Origin: a virus | Direction: 5' to 3' (one strand) | Virus record (IMG/VR): IMGVR_UViG_3300050821_000645 | DNA length: 64,000 bases | Shown here: in pieces, positions 19,903 through 27,669 of the stretch | How the letters are laid out: the number at the start of each line of letters is the position of its first letter | How positions within the stretch are numbered: the first letter of the stretch is position 1 | The notes under the pieces: model-generated | Databases searched by the model: none | Told to the model about the DNA's origin: nothing | Seen by the model: the letters and a program-made list of their open reading frames with translations, nothing else | Position numbers and translations under genes: made by a program

Positions 19903-20080
19903 AGCGTTCCTATGCTGAGAAGCGTGCGACGCTGATCCAGTACTTGCTGGTTAAGGTCCAGGAGAGCGACTGGCACGGTGTGTCAGATGCCGCCAACGAC
20001 CTGCGCGTGCTCGAAGCCGCGCAGTATGCTACAATGGCGTGATGAACGAGAAGACTACCTACGACGAATACGAAGGCTTG

Positions 20081-20271
20081 TGATCGCCGATATCCTCAAG
20101 GAGCTGGATAAGCTCTCTCAGCGCGCCCTGACAGAGTGCGCTCAGCCTATCAGTAGCAAGATCCAGTACGAGGCCGGACGCCGCATAGGTCTAGTGCAGG
20201 GTATCCAGCGGGCCAGGCAGGCTATCATCGACCTCAACTCGCGCGACGAAGACAAGGACAAGGACCTGTGA
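20081..20271 (+). CDS. hypothetical protein
   Basis: ORF 19978..20271 trimmed to GTG after GAAGG; the upstream part of the ORF reads through a promoter-like motif. Confidence 0.3.
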
Positions 20272-20308
20272 AACGACTGATCGATAAGCATCTGGCTGGG
20301 CTGGGTAC

Positions 20309-20500
20309 ATGAAGGAGCAGTACCTGGGGATGGATATCTTCGAGGCGCTGCACCTAGCTATTAGTAACGGTGACCAACTACGCGTGGTTCATAGGAAGCA
20401 CGGCACCGCGCCGACACAGCACATGCGGTACGCGGAGCAGCCAGATGAGACAGTGATCCAGGTAGAGGTCCACGACAACAAGGTGACGAAGGTACTATGA
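20309..20500 (+). CDS. hypothetical protein
   Basis: 63-aa ORF. Confidence 0.35.
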   Translation: MKEQYLGMDIFEALHLAISNGDQLRVVHRKHGTAPTQHMRYAEQPDETVIQVEVHDNKVTKVL

Positions 20501-20697
20501 GCGAGAACGAGAATGTTGGGGCCGTAGGGGCCGAGCCAGTAATGCCCCCGAAGAAGGTCGCATCCAGCCCGGGTAGCCAGTGGGCTACCGGAAAGCGCAC
20601 CAATGTCAAAGGATTCGACAAGACGCCCGGGTTCTCCCGGGGCTGTCGTGTGACCAAACGCACAGTTTCAACAACCAGCGAGAAAACCGCCAAATGA
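20497..20697 (+). CDS. hypothetical protein
   Basis: 66-aa ORF. Confidence 0.35.
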   Translation: MSENENVGAVGAEPVMPPKKVASSPGSQWATGKRTNVKGFDKTPGFSRGCRVTKRTVSTTSEKTAK

Positions 20698-21143
20698 CGT
20701 CACTTGCCAAGATGAAGCTACCCGAGAAGATCCTCGACCAGACGCTGGATGACGCATTCCCGGCGGTAGACCCGGGCGAGGTGCCGTTCGGCAGTCTGGT
20801 GCTGATCCAGATCAAGCGCCCCCCGTTCAAGACGAAGGGCGGCATCCTGCTTGGCGAGGGCAGCCAGCAGACCGAGTACGACAACACGAAGGTGGCCAAG
20901 GTGCTAGCTCTTGGACCGCTGTGCTTCAAGAGCCGCGAGACCGGCCAGGACTGGCCCGAGGGCAAGTGGTTCCAGGTTGGCGACTACGTGCGCATGAGCC
21001 AGCACAACGCGACCACGTGGACCGTGCCTATGGCGGGCACGCGAGGCATCGGCATCGAGGAGCGCGTAGTCCTGGGTTACATGGATGAGCTGCACGTGCG
21101 CGGCCTAGTCCAGGATCCGCTGGCGACCCAAGCATTCTTTTAG
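20694..21143 (+). CDS. GroES-like co-chaperonin (Cpn10 / T4 gp31-type)
   Basis: segment LVLIQIKRPPFKTKGGILLGEGSQQ...KVAKVLALG...QVGDYVRM parallels GroES RVIVKR...ETKSAGGIVL...GEVVAVG...KVGDIVIF; about 149 aa with C-terminal extension. Confidence 0.55.
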   Translation: MTSLAKMKLPEKILDQTLDDAFPAVDPGEVPFGSLVLIQIKRPPFKTKGGILLGEGSQQTEYDNTKVAKVLALGPLCFKSRETGQDWPEGKWFQVGDYVRMSQHNATTWTVPMAGTRGIGIEERVVLGYMDELHVRGLVQDPLATQAFF

Positions 21144-21321
21144 GGGCTGTGGTATACTCCCCTGGCAATGACGAAACATAGCCTACGTACAGCCAGCGGA
21201 GGTAGTTATGCATCCAGGGACCAAAGATCCCAGTTGATTACGCGGTGACGAACCGCTCCCGGGGGAAGGAACCGGGCTCGCTTGCGCCGTCGTGCTATAA
21301 CGGAAGCTCCAGAGGAGTGAC

Positions 21322-21567
21322 ATGAAGACCGACATAGTGCACGGGCTGATTAGCTCGTACAACGTACGCGGGTGCCGGTGCGCTGAGTGTAAGGACACCA
21401 GGCGTAGGTACTCGCAGATCTTTCGGGACAGGCAGAAGGCTAAGCGGCTGCGGGCCCGAGCCGATGCCCTCAAGTCACCGCTGCAACTCCTCAAGGAAAC
21501 ATGGCAACAGTCAACGCCTTCTTCTCGAAGTGGATCAACTATCTCAACGGTAGCCCGTATTTCGTAA
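21322..21567 (+). CDS. hypothetical protein (CxxC motif)
   Basis: 81-aa ORF; overlaps next ORF by 66 nt so one boundary is uncertain. Confidence 0.35.
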   Translation: MKTDIVHGLISSYNVRGCRCAECKDTRRRYSQIFRDRQKAKRLRARADALKSPLQLLKETWQQSTPSSRSGSTISTVARIS

Positions 21568-21803
21568 GCTTTCAGGTCCATTGCTGGATCACTTGCACGC
21601 TGGTGTACCACCTCGGCAAGGCATTCCCCAGGGGACTCCTTCCGTTCGCCGCAGGCTTTACGCTGCTCACCGCGTGGAAGGAGTTCTACTGGGACCATAA
21701 GAACGAGCCCAATCACAGCGCCTGGCCGCAGGGCGTCACCGACTGGGGCAGCTACACATTCGGCACGCTACTCGCGCTGCTATTCACGTACACTGGAACC
21801 TAA
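21501..21803 (+). CDS. hypothetical membrane protein
   Basis: 100 aa with two or three hydrophobic helices. Confidence 0.4.
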   Translation: MATVNAFFSKWINYLNGSPYFVSFQVHCWITCTLVYHLGKAFPRGLLPFAAGFTLLTAWKEFYWDHKNEPNHSAWPQGVTDWGSYTFGTLLALLFTYTGT

Positions 21804-22376
21804 TTGAGCAATATCAACGTCCCCGTCGATCAATCAACCCTGGCCGCGCTTCTCGTGCAGGCCGGGTACACCGTTACACCGCCCGCCGTCGTTGTGACGC
21901 CGCCCCCCACGACCGTGCCCAACTCCATCATCTATGATGGTCAGCTGAGGTGGCCAGGAGACTGGTCTGGCAATGGGGTGAACATCGATTACGCTAACAC
22001 CACGCTGCTGCCCGGCAAAACGGTGGCCTCCATCCTTAATGTGAACGCGTACGGGTACTGGCTGCCATACATCCTGCACCTGCAGACCTCGCAGTTCACC
22101 AAGCTGGTGCTTACGCTTCGCCCTGCTGTGCCAGGCGCGCACTTCGGGCTGGTTACGTATACGAGCACGGGCAGTGCCACTGATGTCACCGTGGGCAGCC
22201 TGGACACGCTGGATGCGTATCAGACAGAATTCGTGATGGCGAGCGATGTGGTAACATACACCGTACCGTTGACAGCCGTTAAGAGCCAGAACATCGACCT
22301 CTACAAGATCCTGGTGCAGGACAAGAGCGGCACCAAGGGCACAACCTGGGCCGTCCAGGATGCACGATTCGTTTGA
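21804..22376 (+). CDS. hypothetical protein (Thr/Pro/Val-rich N-terminus)
   Basis: 190-aa ORF with non-ATG (TTG) start in the track; start uncertain. Confidence 0.35.
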   Translation: MSNINVPVDQSTLAALLVQAGYTVTPPAVVVTPPPTTVPNSIIYDGQLRWPGDWSGNGVNIDYANTTLLPGKTVASILNVNAYGYWLPYILHLQTSQFTKLVLTLRPAVPGAHFGLVTYTSTGSATDVTVGSLDTLDAYQTEFVMASDVVTYTVPLTAVKSQNIDLYKILVQDKSGTKGTTWAVQDARFV

Positions 22377-22429
22377 ACCCTGGGCCGATCTTAGGATAGG
22401 TCCACAGTACGCCTCGGCACGCGTCTAAA

Positions 22430-22500
22430 CGGCCACGACAGGCCGCCAGCTGGGCGGTACAGCGCCTCCAAAGCGCATGACGGGTGGTTCGATTCCATCG
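22430..22500 (+). tRNA. tRNA-like element, Trp-type (anticodon CCA), noncanonical D-arm
   Basis: acceptor AGGCCGC/GCGGCCT (7 bp), G73, 3' CCA, T-arm GGTGG-TTCGATT-CCATC, anticodon loop CTCCAAA identical to canonical tRNA-Trp with U33/A37; D-arm region is only about 11-12 nt so the cloverleaf is incomplete. Confidence 0.5.
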
Positions 22501-22507
22501 CGGCCTG

Positions 22508-22583
22508 CCACTTCTATTGCGACGTAGCTCAGCAGCAGAGCAGGTGGTTCATACCCACAAGGTCGTGAGTGCAACTCTCACCG
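22508..22583 (+). ncRNA. second tRNA-like / pseudo-tRNA element (anticodon loop TTCATAC, CAT)
   Basis: TAGCTCAGC D-arm (GCTC/GAGC stem), perfect T-stem GTGAG/CTCAC, but acceptor stem pairs only with a bulge and T-loop is TGCAACT; degenerate. Confidence 0.25.
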
Positions 22584-22725
22584 TTCGCTTCCACTTCGGA
22601 CTTAAGTGTCACGACACACGGTGTGTATCCGCGAATAGGGTGAGAGGCCCTGTACACCTTTCATGCCGCCCGTTCGGGCGCACTGCCACCCATCCGGGTG
22701 AGCTATCGCAACCACAAGGACAATC

Positions 22726-23724
22726 ATGCCACGCATCGTAGAGAACGACGGCGACGAAGACGCCGACGACCAGGTACAGACCAATGAAGAGCACGTAGAG
22801 CTGGAGCAAGAGCCCCAGGCGCGAGCTGAACCAGAGATCGAGGTGCTTGAGGAGGGTGACGAACCCCAGGGCGACCAGCGCATCGCGCAGTCAGACGACG
22901 ACGAGCCCCAGCAATCACGCCGCCGCGAGACAGCCGCCGAGCGCCGTCAGCGCGCCAAGGAGGCCAAGATACGCGACAAGCGTGAGCTTGACTTCCAGAA
23001 GCGGGAGCTAGACCGGCTGCAGCGCACCGTGCACGAGCTTACCCAGGGTCAAGTTGTGACGCGGTTAACAGAATTGGATAATCGTCTTGCATCGGCCCAG
23101 GCTGAGGTATCTCAGTGGGAGAAGGTCAAGGCGATGGCGATCTCGAAGCACGAGGGAGCTGATGCCGTTGCCGCAGACAACTTCCTGAATGCGGCACGGG
23201 ACAAGGCCAACCAGGCCATCTGGGAGAAGCAGCAGGTAACCGAGCAGGCTAGGCAGGTGCAGCAGGTGCCAGTCCGGCAAGAGGTCCCGTTCCAGGGTCT
23301 GATGCAGGAGTTCCTGGATGCCAATGAGTGGTATGATCCTAAAGGTGTCGATGAGGATTCCTTGATCGTCAAGGCCATCGACAATGCAGTGGCGCAGAAG
23401 TACAAGCCCACTGACCCCGCCTACTGGAGAGAGCTGCAGAAGCGCGTCGACGCCCGATTCGGGCAGGAGCGCCAGCAATCCCGCAACGACGACTCTGATG
23501 AGGACGACGTGGACGAACCAGTAGTGAGACGGCGCAGCCCCCCTGTGAGCGGCAGCAGCCGCAGCAACTCCGCAGCAAGCGGCGGGCAGCAGCAGATCAG
23601 GCTCAGCCCTGAGCGAGTACAAGCCATGAAAGACGCGGGCCTCTGGGATGATCCCAAGGTGCGCCAGCGTATGGCCAAGAAGTACTCGGAGTACGACAGA
23701 AACAACCCGCAACGGCGAGCCTAA
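22726..23724 (+). CDS. scaffolding protein (putative)
   Basis: 332 aa, highly acidic N-terminus, long coiled-coil, basic C-terminus; sits between portal and capsid genes. Confidence 0.5.
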   Translation: MPRIVENDGDEDADDQVQTNEEHVELEQEPQARAEPEIEVLEEGDEPQGDQRIAQSDDDEPQQSRRRETAAERRQRAKEAKIRDKRELDFQKRELDRLQRTVHELTQGQVVTRLTELDNRLASAQAEVSQWEKVKAMAISKHEGADAVAADNFLNAARDKANQAIWEKQQVTEQARQVQQVPVRQEVPFQGLMQEFLDANEWYDPKGVDEDSLIVKAIDNAVAQKYKPTDPAYWRELQKRVDARFGQERQQSRNDDSDEDDVDEPVVRRRSPPVSGSSRSNSAASGGQQQIRLSPERVQAMKDAGLWDDPKVRQRMAKKYSEYDRNNPQRRA

Positions 23725-23734
23725 GGAGCACACC

Positions 23735-24277
23735 ATGCAAGACCAACGTTTAAGTAAGCAGACCGTCAACACGCGCAAATCACGAGCCAGCCAGACACGG
23801 CAGGTTACAGAGGACCGAGAGATGACGGACGCAGATCGGCTGGAACTATTCCGGGCGGCCCACGCACAGTCGGCGCTGCCAGACATTCCGCCTATACCCG
23901 GATTCCATGTTGTTTGGCTAGCGTCAAACAACCCGCGTGACTCGCTGCAGATGCGGCACCGGATGGGCTACGTACCCATTACCAACGAGGATGTGAAGGG
24001 CTTTGAGTTCGTCGCCGACAAGGGTGGCGCAACCGATGGCCTGATTCGCGTCAACGAGATGGTTGCGTACAAGCTCCCGATGTCTCTCTACAACCTGTAC
24101 ATGCAGGACAATCACCACCACAAGCCAGCAATGGAAGAGACCAAACTGACCGATACGGTCACGAATCTCCGCCAGCAAGCGCAGCGTAGCGGTGCCAACG
24201 TGGACGAAGGGGATGGAGTCGAAGCGCTCCGACAACTGGACTCTGTGCCAGTCCCCGACTTCTCCGAGGAATTCTAG
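23735..24277 (+). CDS. hypothetical head-module protein
   Basis: ORF 23648..24277 trimmed to Met MQDQRLSK. Confidence 0.4.
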   Translation: MQDQRLSKQTVNTRKSRASQTRQVTEDREMTDADRLELFRAAHAQSALPDIPPIPGFHVVWLASNNPRDSLQMRHRMGYVPITNEDVKGFEFVADKGGATDGLIRVNEMVAYKLPMSLYNLYMQDNHHHKPAMEETKLTDTVTNLRQQAQRSGANVDEGDGVEALRQLDSVPVPDFSEEF

Positions 24278-24333
24278 CCTCGTCGAGACCTGGGGACTCA
24301 CAGGGACTCTCATAACCCTGTAAGGAACCCTCA

Positions 24334-24990
24334 ATGTCCCTCACCGCCCTTCCCTCTGGATTGGTGCCAGCGTATCACCCGTCGGGTCAGATTCGCAGCA
24401 TCCTCCACCCCGGCGTCCTCCAGCCGGGAACTAACGTCGCGATCCTCAAAGGTCAGGCCGTTAAGTTGCTCATCGGAACCGGTGCCACCGTCAATGGTGT
24501 CACGATTCCCGCTGGCCAGGTCTACCTGGCTCCCGTAACCGCTGCAGCCGACCCCGTTTACGGTGTGTTCGCGGGCTGCGAGTACCAGGACGCCACTGGC
24601 TTTTTCCAGGAGTCTAACTTCTGGCCCGCCAGTCAGGTGTGCTTCCCCAATACGGTTGTCACTGCCCTGGTATGGCAAGACCCCGCCATCGAGTACACCA
24701 TCCAGACTGATGGCACCTCGTTTGGTGTGACCACGACCCTCGGAGACGGCTTCCCGCGCTTCGATGGCCGCGAGGGCCCGATCACGAACTTCGCCTCTGG
24801 CAGCACCACGACTGGTCTGTCTCAGTGCACGTTCGGCGCATCCGGCCTTGTAGCTACGACCGTCCAGGGTCAGCTGCAGATCACCAAGGTCGACCCGACC
24901 GTTCTCAACCAAACCGCAGGCGACACGTTCCTGCAGCTCCAGGTTCGCATCGCGCGTCCCCAGACTGCGGCTCCGTTCGTCTCGATCTAA
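24334..24990 (+). CDS. virion structural protein (head decoration or capsid-associated, putative)
   Basis: 218-aa ORF immediately upstream of capsid gene; Thr/Gly/Val-rich beta-type composition. Confidence 0.45.
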   Translation: MSLTALPSGLVPAYHPSGQIRSILHPGVLQPGTNVAILKGQAVKLLIGTGATVNGVTIPAGQVYLAPVTAAADPVYGVFAGCEYQDATGFFQESNFWPASQVCFPNTVVTALVWQDPAIEYTIQTDGTSFGVTTTLGDGFPRFDGREGPITNFASGSTTTGLSQCTFGASGLVATTVQGQLQITKVDPTVLNQTAGDTFLQLQVRIARPQTAAPFVSI

Positions 24991-25002
24991 GGAGTCATGT
25001 AA

Positions 25003-25920
25003 ATGGCAGTCCCAATGCGAAGTACTGACTTCCGCAACATCGTTGAGCCTATCCTCAACGAGGAGTTTGATGGAGTCTATGAGCAGCGCGCCGACGAATG
25101 GAACCAGGTGTTCAAGCAGGTTACTGGTATCCCGCGCAGCTTCCACGAAGAGCCCGTTCTGTACGGCTTCTCTGCAGCCCCGCTGCTCCCCGACGGCCAG
25201 CCCGTCACCTACCAGGCTGGCGGACAACTGTTCGTCTACCGGTACTTCTACCAGGTGTATGGTCTCGCCTTCGCGCTGACCAAGGTCCTCGTTGAAGACG
25301 GTGACCATATCCGCATCGGTCAGACGTACTCCCGCCATCTGGCGCAGTCGCTGATCGAGACCAAGGAAACGCTGTGCGCTAACATCATCAACCGGGCCTT
25401 CAACAGCTCGTTTGTGTTCGGTGACGGTGTCTCCCTCATCAATGCGGCTCACCCGATCCAGAACGCTGGCTCGTTCAGCAACATCCTGGCCACAGCGGCT
25501 GCGCTCTCGCAGACGTCGCTCGAACAGATCCTCATCCAGATTCGCAACGCGGTTGACAACAACGGCAAGCGCATCCGGCTTGAGCCCAAGAAGCTCGTCG
25601 TCAACCCGTCGAACGTGTTCCAGTCCGAGGTGCTCCTCAAGAGCGTGCTCCGCACCGGCACCACGAACAACGACATCAACCCGATCAAGTCCATGGGCTT
25701 GCTCTCGGGTGGCCAAGCCAACCTGAGCCGCCTCACGTCGAATACCGCCTGGTTCGTCCAGACGGATGCCCCGGAAGGTCTAAAATTGGTGCAGCGTAGG
25801 GCTTTACAAAAGTCCATGGAAGGAGACTTCGAGACGGATTCCATGCGCTATAAAGCCACGGAACGTTACGCTGTAGGCGCAACCGACCCGCGCTGTCTCT
25901 TCGGAACCCCGGGGCTCTAA
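25003..25920 (+). CDS. major capsid protein (putative)
   Basis: 305 aa, strong AAGGAG RBS, follows scaffold, followed by terminator-like repeats; composition typical of an HK97-fold coat protein. Confidence 0.55.
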   Translation: MAVPMRSTDFRNIVEPILNEEFDGVYEQRADEWNQVFKQVTGIPRSFHEEPVLYGFSAAPLLPDGQPVTYQAGGQLFVYRYFYQVYGLAFALTKVLVEDGDHIRIGQTYSRHLAQSLIETKETLCANIINRAFNSSFVFGDGVSLINAAHPIQNAGSFSNILATAAALSQTSLEQILIQIRNAVDNNGKRIRLEPKKLVVNPSNVFQSEVLLKSVLRTGTTNNDINPIKSMGLLSGGQANLSRLTSNTAWFVQTDAPEGLKLVQRRALQKSMEGDFETDSMRYKATERYAVGATDPRCLFGTPGL

Positions 25921-25929
25921 CCCCAACTC

Positions 25930-25978
25930 GACAGGCTATAGCTTGTAATTCTACGCAGGATTACAGGCTATAGCTTGT
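25930..25978 (+). repeat. two copies of 16-bp ACAGGCTATAGCTTGT (contains palindrome AGCTATAGCT) after capsid gene; putative terminator/regulatory element
   Basis: copies at 25930-25945 and 25963-25978, 33 bp apart, in the 136-bp gap between capsid gene and next gene. Confidence 0.5.
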
Positions 25979-26056
25979 TTTAATTCGATCAACTCAGGTG
26001 AGCAGTCGTCGACCCCGGAAGGCGCAGTGACAGCACGACACCAGGAGCAAATGTAA

Positions 26057-27319
26057 ATGCGTACTTCTCTCAATGGTCCCGTTGTCCTGTTTGGAAATGA
26101 CAACCCGCAACAGATTGCTGATACTGATTCTGGCCCGAACGTCGACTACCAGTCGAACGCTCTTCTCGATTCCCGTTACGTCTCCCAGGTAACCGCCGCT
26201 GGCGAGGGCGCCCAGGCTGGCATTCTCGCGTGGCATAACCCGGTGGAGGCTGAGGTGCTCAGCGCTATCCCGCAGGCTGCCTCTAACACAGTGCTCGCAG
26301 CGGCTCAGGCCCCGGCGGCGCTTGCCTTCTTCACCCTCGCGTCCGCGAACGCCACCGGCATCGCGGTCAACATTCCGCTGATTCCCTTCGGCCAGGCGAT
26401 TCAGCCCGGTGCGCAGGGCCTTGTGAACGTCATCGCGCTCGACTTCGGTTTCGCGATTGGCACGACCACGACCGCTGCAGCGACCGCCAACGTGCTAACC
26501 CTGACGGGGCCGACGCCCGGTGGTTACACGGGCACGGCGACGTATGCCTCCCGCTTCTTCTACCCCGGGCAACGTATTCTGGTGCCCGGCGCCGGTAACG
26601 TGGCTGGCACTCTCCCGCTTTCCACTGTTGTGCTCGCCACCGACCGCTACGCCGCCCCCGGGCAGGTGCTCGCGGCCACTGGCACTGTGCTCATGGCGAA
26701 CCCCGCCCTCGCGGTTGCCACCAACGTCGGCATTGGCACCTCTGACCAGGAGTACGGCGTCGCCGTTAAGCCGGTTGTGAAGGCTGGCGCCATCCGCGTG
26801 TACGACCCGGCGCAAATGGTTGCCCGCAATGTCACCCTCACCGCTGGCTCTACGACCGCATCCGGTAACGCCATCGTGCGCGGGTTCGACATCTACGAGC
26901 AGCCGATGTCCGAGGTCATCCCGATCCCGACCACGGCGACCACGAACAGCGGCAAGAAGGCGTTCGCGTACGTCAGCTCCGTGCAGGTTCAGGCTGGTGG
27001 CGTGACCACTGGCAACGTCTCTGTGGGAACGGGTACCGCTATCGGCATTCCGGTGCGCGTTGACTTGTTCGAGAACCTTGCGATCTTCGTGAACAACGTG
27101 CAAATCGTGGGCTCCGCTGGATCGCTCCCCGCCAATCTCGTGACCGCCGACCAGACGCCGACTGCCACCAGCTCCACGGGCGACGTGCGCGGCACGTACA
27201 TCCCTGGCACGCTGAACGGCACCGCGCGCACTGTGATCTTCCACCAGGCTCCCATCCACCAGGCCAAGGTCTCCACCAATATCGACTTCCGTGGGCTTAT
27301 CGGCGTTGTGCAGGCGTAA
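26057..27319 (+). CDS. virion structural protein (Ala/Gly/Thr-rich)
   Basis: 420 aa; AGGAG RBS; beta-rich low-charge composition typical of tail or capsid accessory proteins. Confidence 0.5.
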   Translation: MRTSLNGPVVLFGNDNPQQIADTDSGPNVDYQSNALLDSRYVSQVTAAGEGAQAGILAWHNPVEAEVLSAIPQAASNTVLAAAQAPAALAFFTLASANATGIAVNIPLIPFGQAIQPGAQGLVNVIALDFGFAIGTTTTAAATANVLTLTGPTPGGYTGTATYASRFFYPGQRILVPGAGNVAGTLPLSTVVLATDRYAAPGQVLAATGTVLMANPALAVATNVGIGTSDQEYGVAVKPVVKAGAIRVYDPAQMVARNVTLTAGSTTASGNAIVRGFDIYEQPMSEVIPIPTTATTNSGKKAFAYVSSVQVQAGGVTTGNVSVGTGTAIGIPVRVDLFENLAIFVNNVQIVGSAGSLPANLVTADQTPTATSSTGDVRGTYIPGTLNGTARTVIFHQAPIHQAKVSTNIDFRGLIGVVQA

Positions 27320-27325
27320 GCCAGC

Positions 27326-27667
27326 ATGAAGCTCAGCTCTAACAACATCGTCGTCACCGGGGTGGCTGCTTCGCCTCCTATCCCGGTTGACACGCGATCA
27401 AATCCGGTCAATGTCTGGGGCTCGGTCATAGACGGCGGGGTGTCAACGTACGCTATTCAGTACACGACCTCTGATGTGTTCGCGGCTGGCTACAACCCGG
27501 CTACTGATCCGATGTGGACCGCCGATCCAGGCGCACCGACCACTGGCTCTAAGCCTTACAATCTCACCGGCCTTGGGGCTACCGCGATCCGCTTGAACGT
27601 TACCACTGGCCCGGCCACGGTAACGCTGGGTCCGGTCTTCCAAAGCGACAGCACACAGGGAGCCTAA
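27326..27667 (+). CDS. virion structural protein (small)
   Basis: 113-aa ORF. Confidence 0.4.
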   Translation: MKLSSNNIVVTGVAASPPIPVDTRSNPVNVWGSVIDGGVSTYAIQYTTSDVFAAGYNPATDPMWTADPGAPTTGSKPYNLTGLGATAIRLNVTTGPATVTLGPVFQSDSTQGA

Positions 27668-27669
27668 CA

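Noticed and set aside
22430-22500. Interpreting the tRNA-Trp-like sequence as a phage attP core (integration into host tRNA-Trp)
   Set aside because: No integrase, excisionase or repressor anywhere in the 64-kb window. The 5' acceptor strand is also present, which an attP 3'-fragment would not need. Kept as a minor alternative.
24331-25716. 461-aa minus-strand ORF antisense to the 24334..24990 and major-capsid genes
   Set aside because: Long antisense ORFs are expected in high-GC DNA. It lacks an RBS, is Arg/Gly/Asp-rich like mirror-frame translations, and the sense-strand genes have strong RBSs and operon context.
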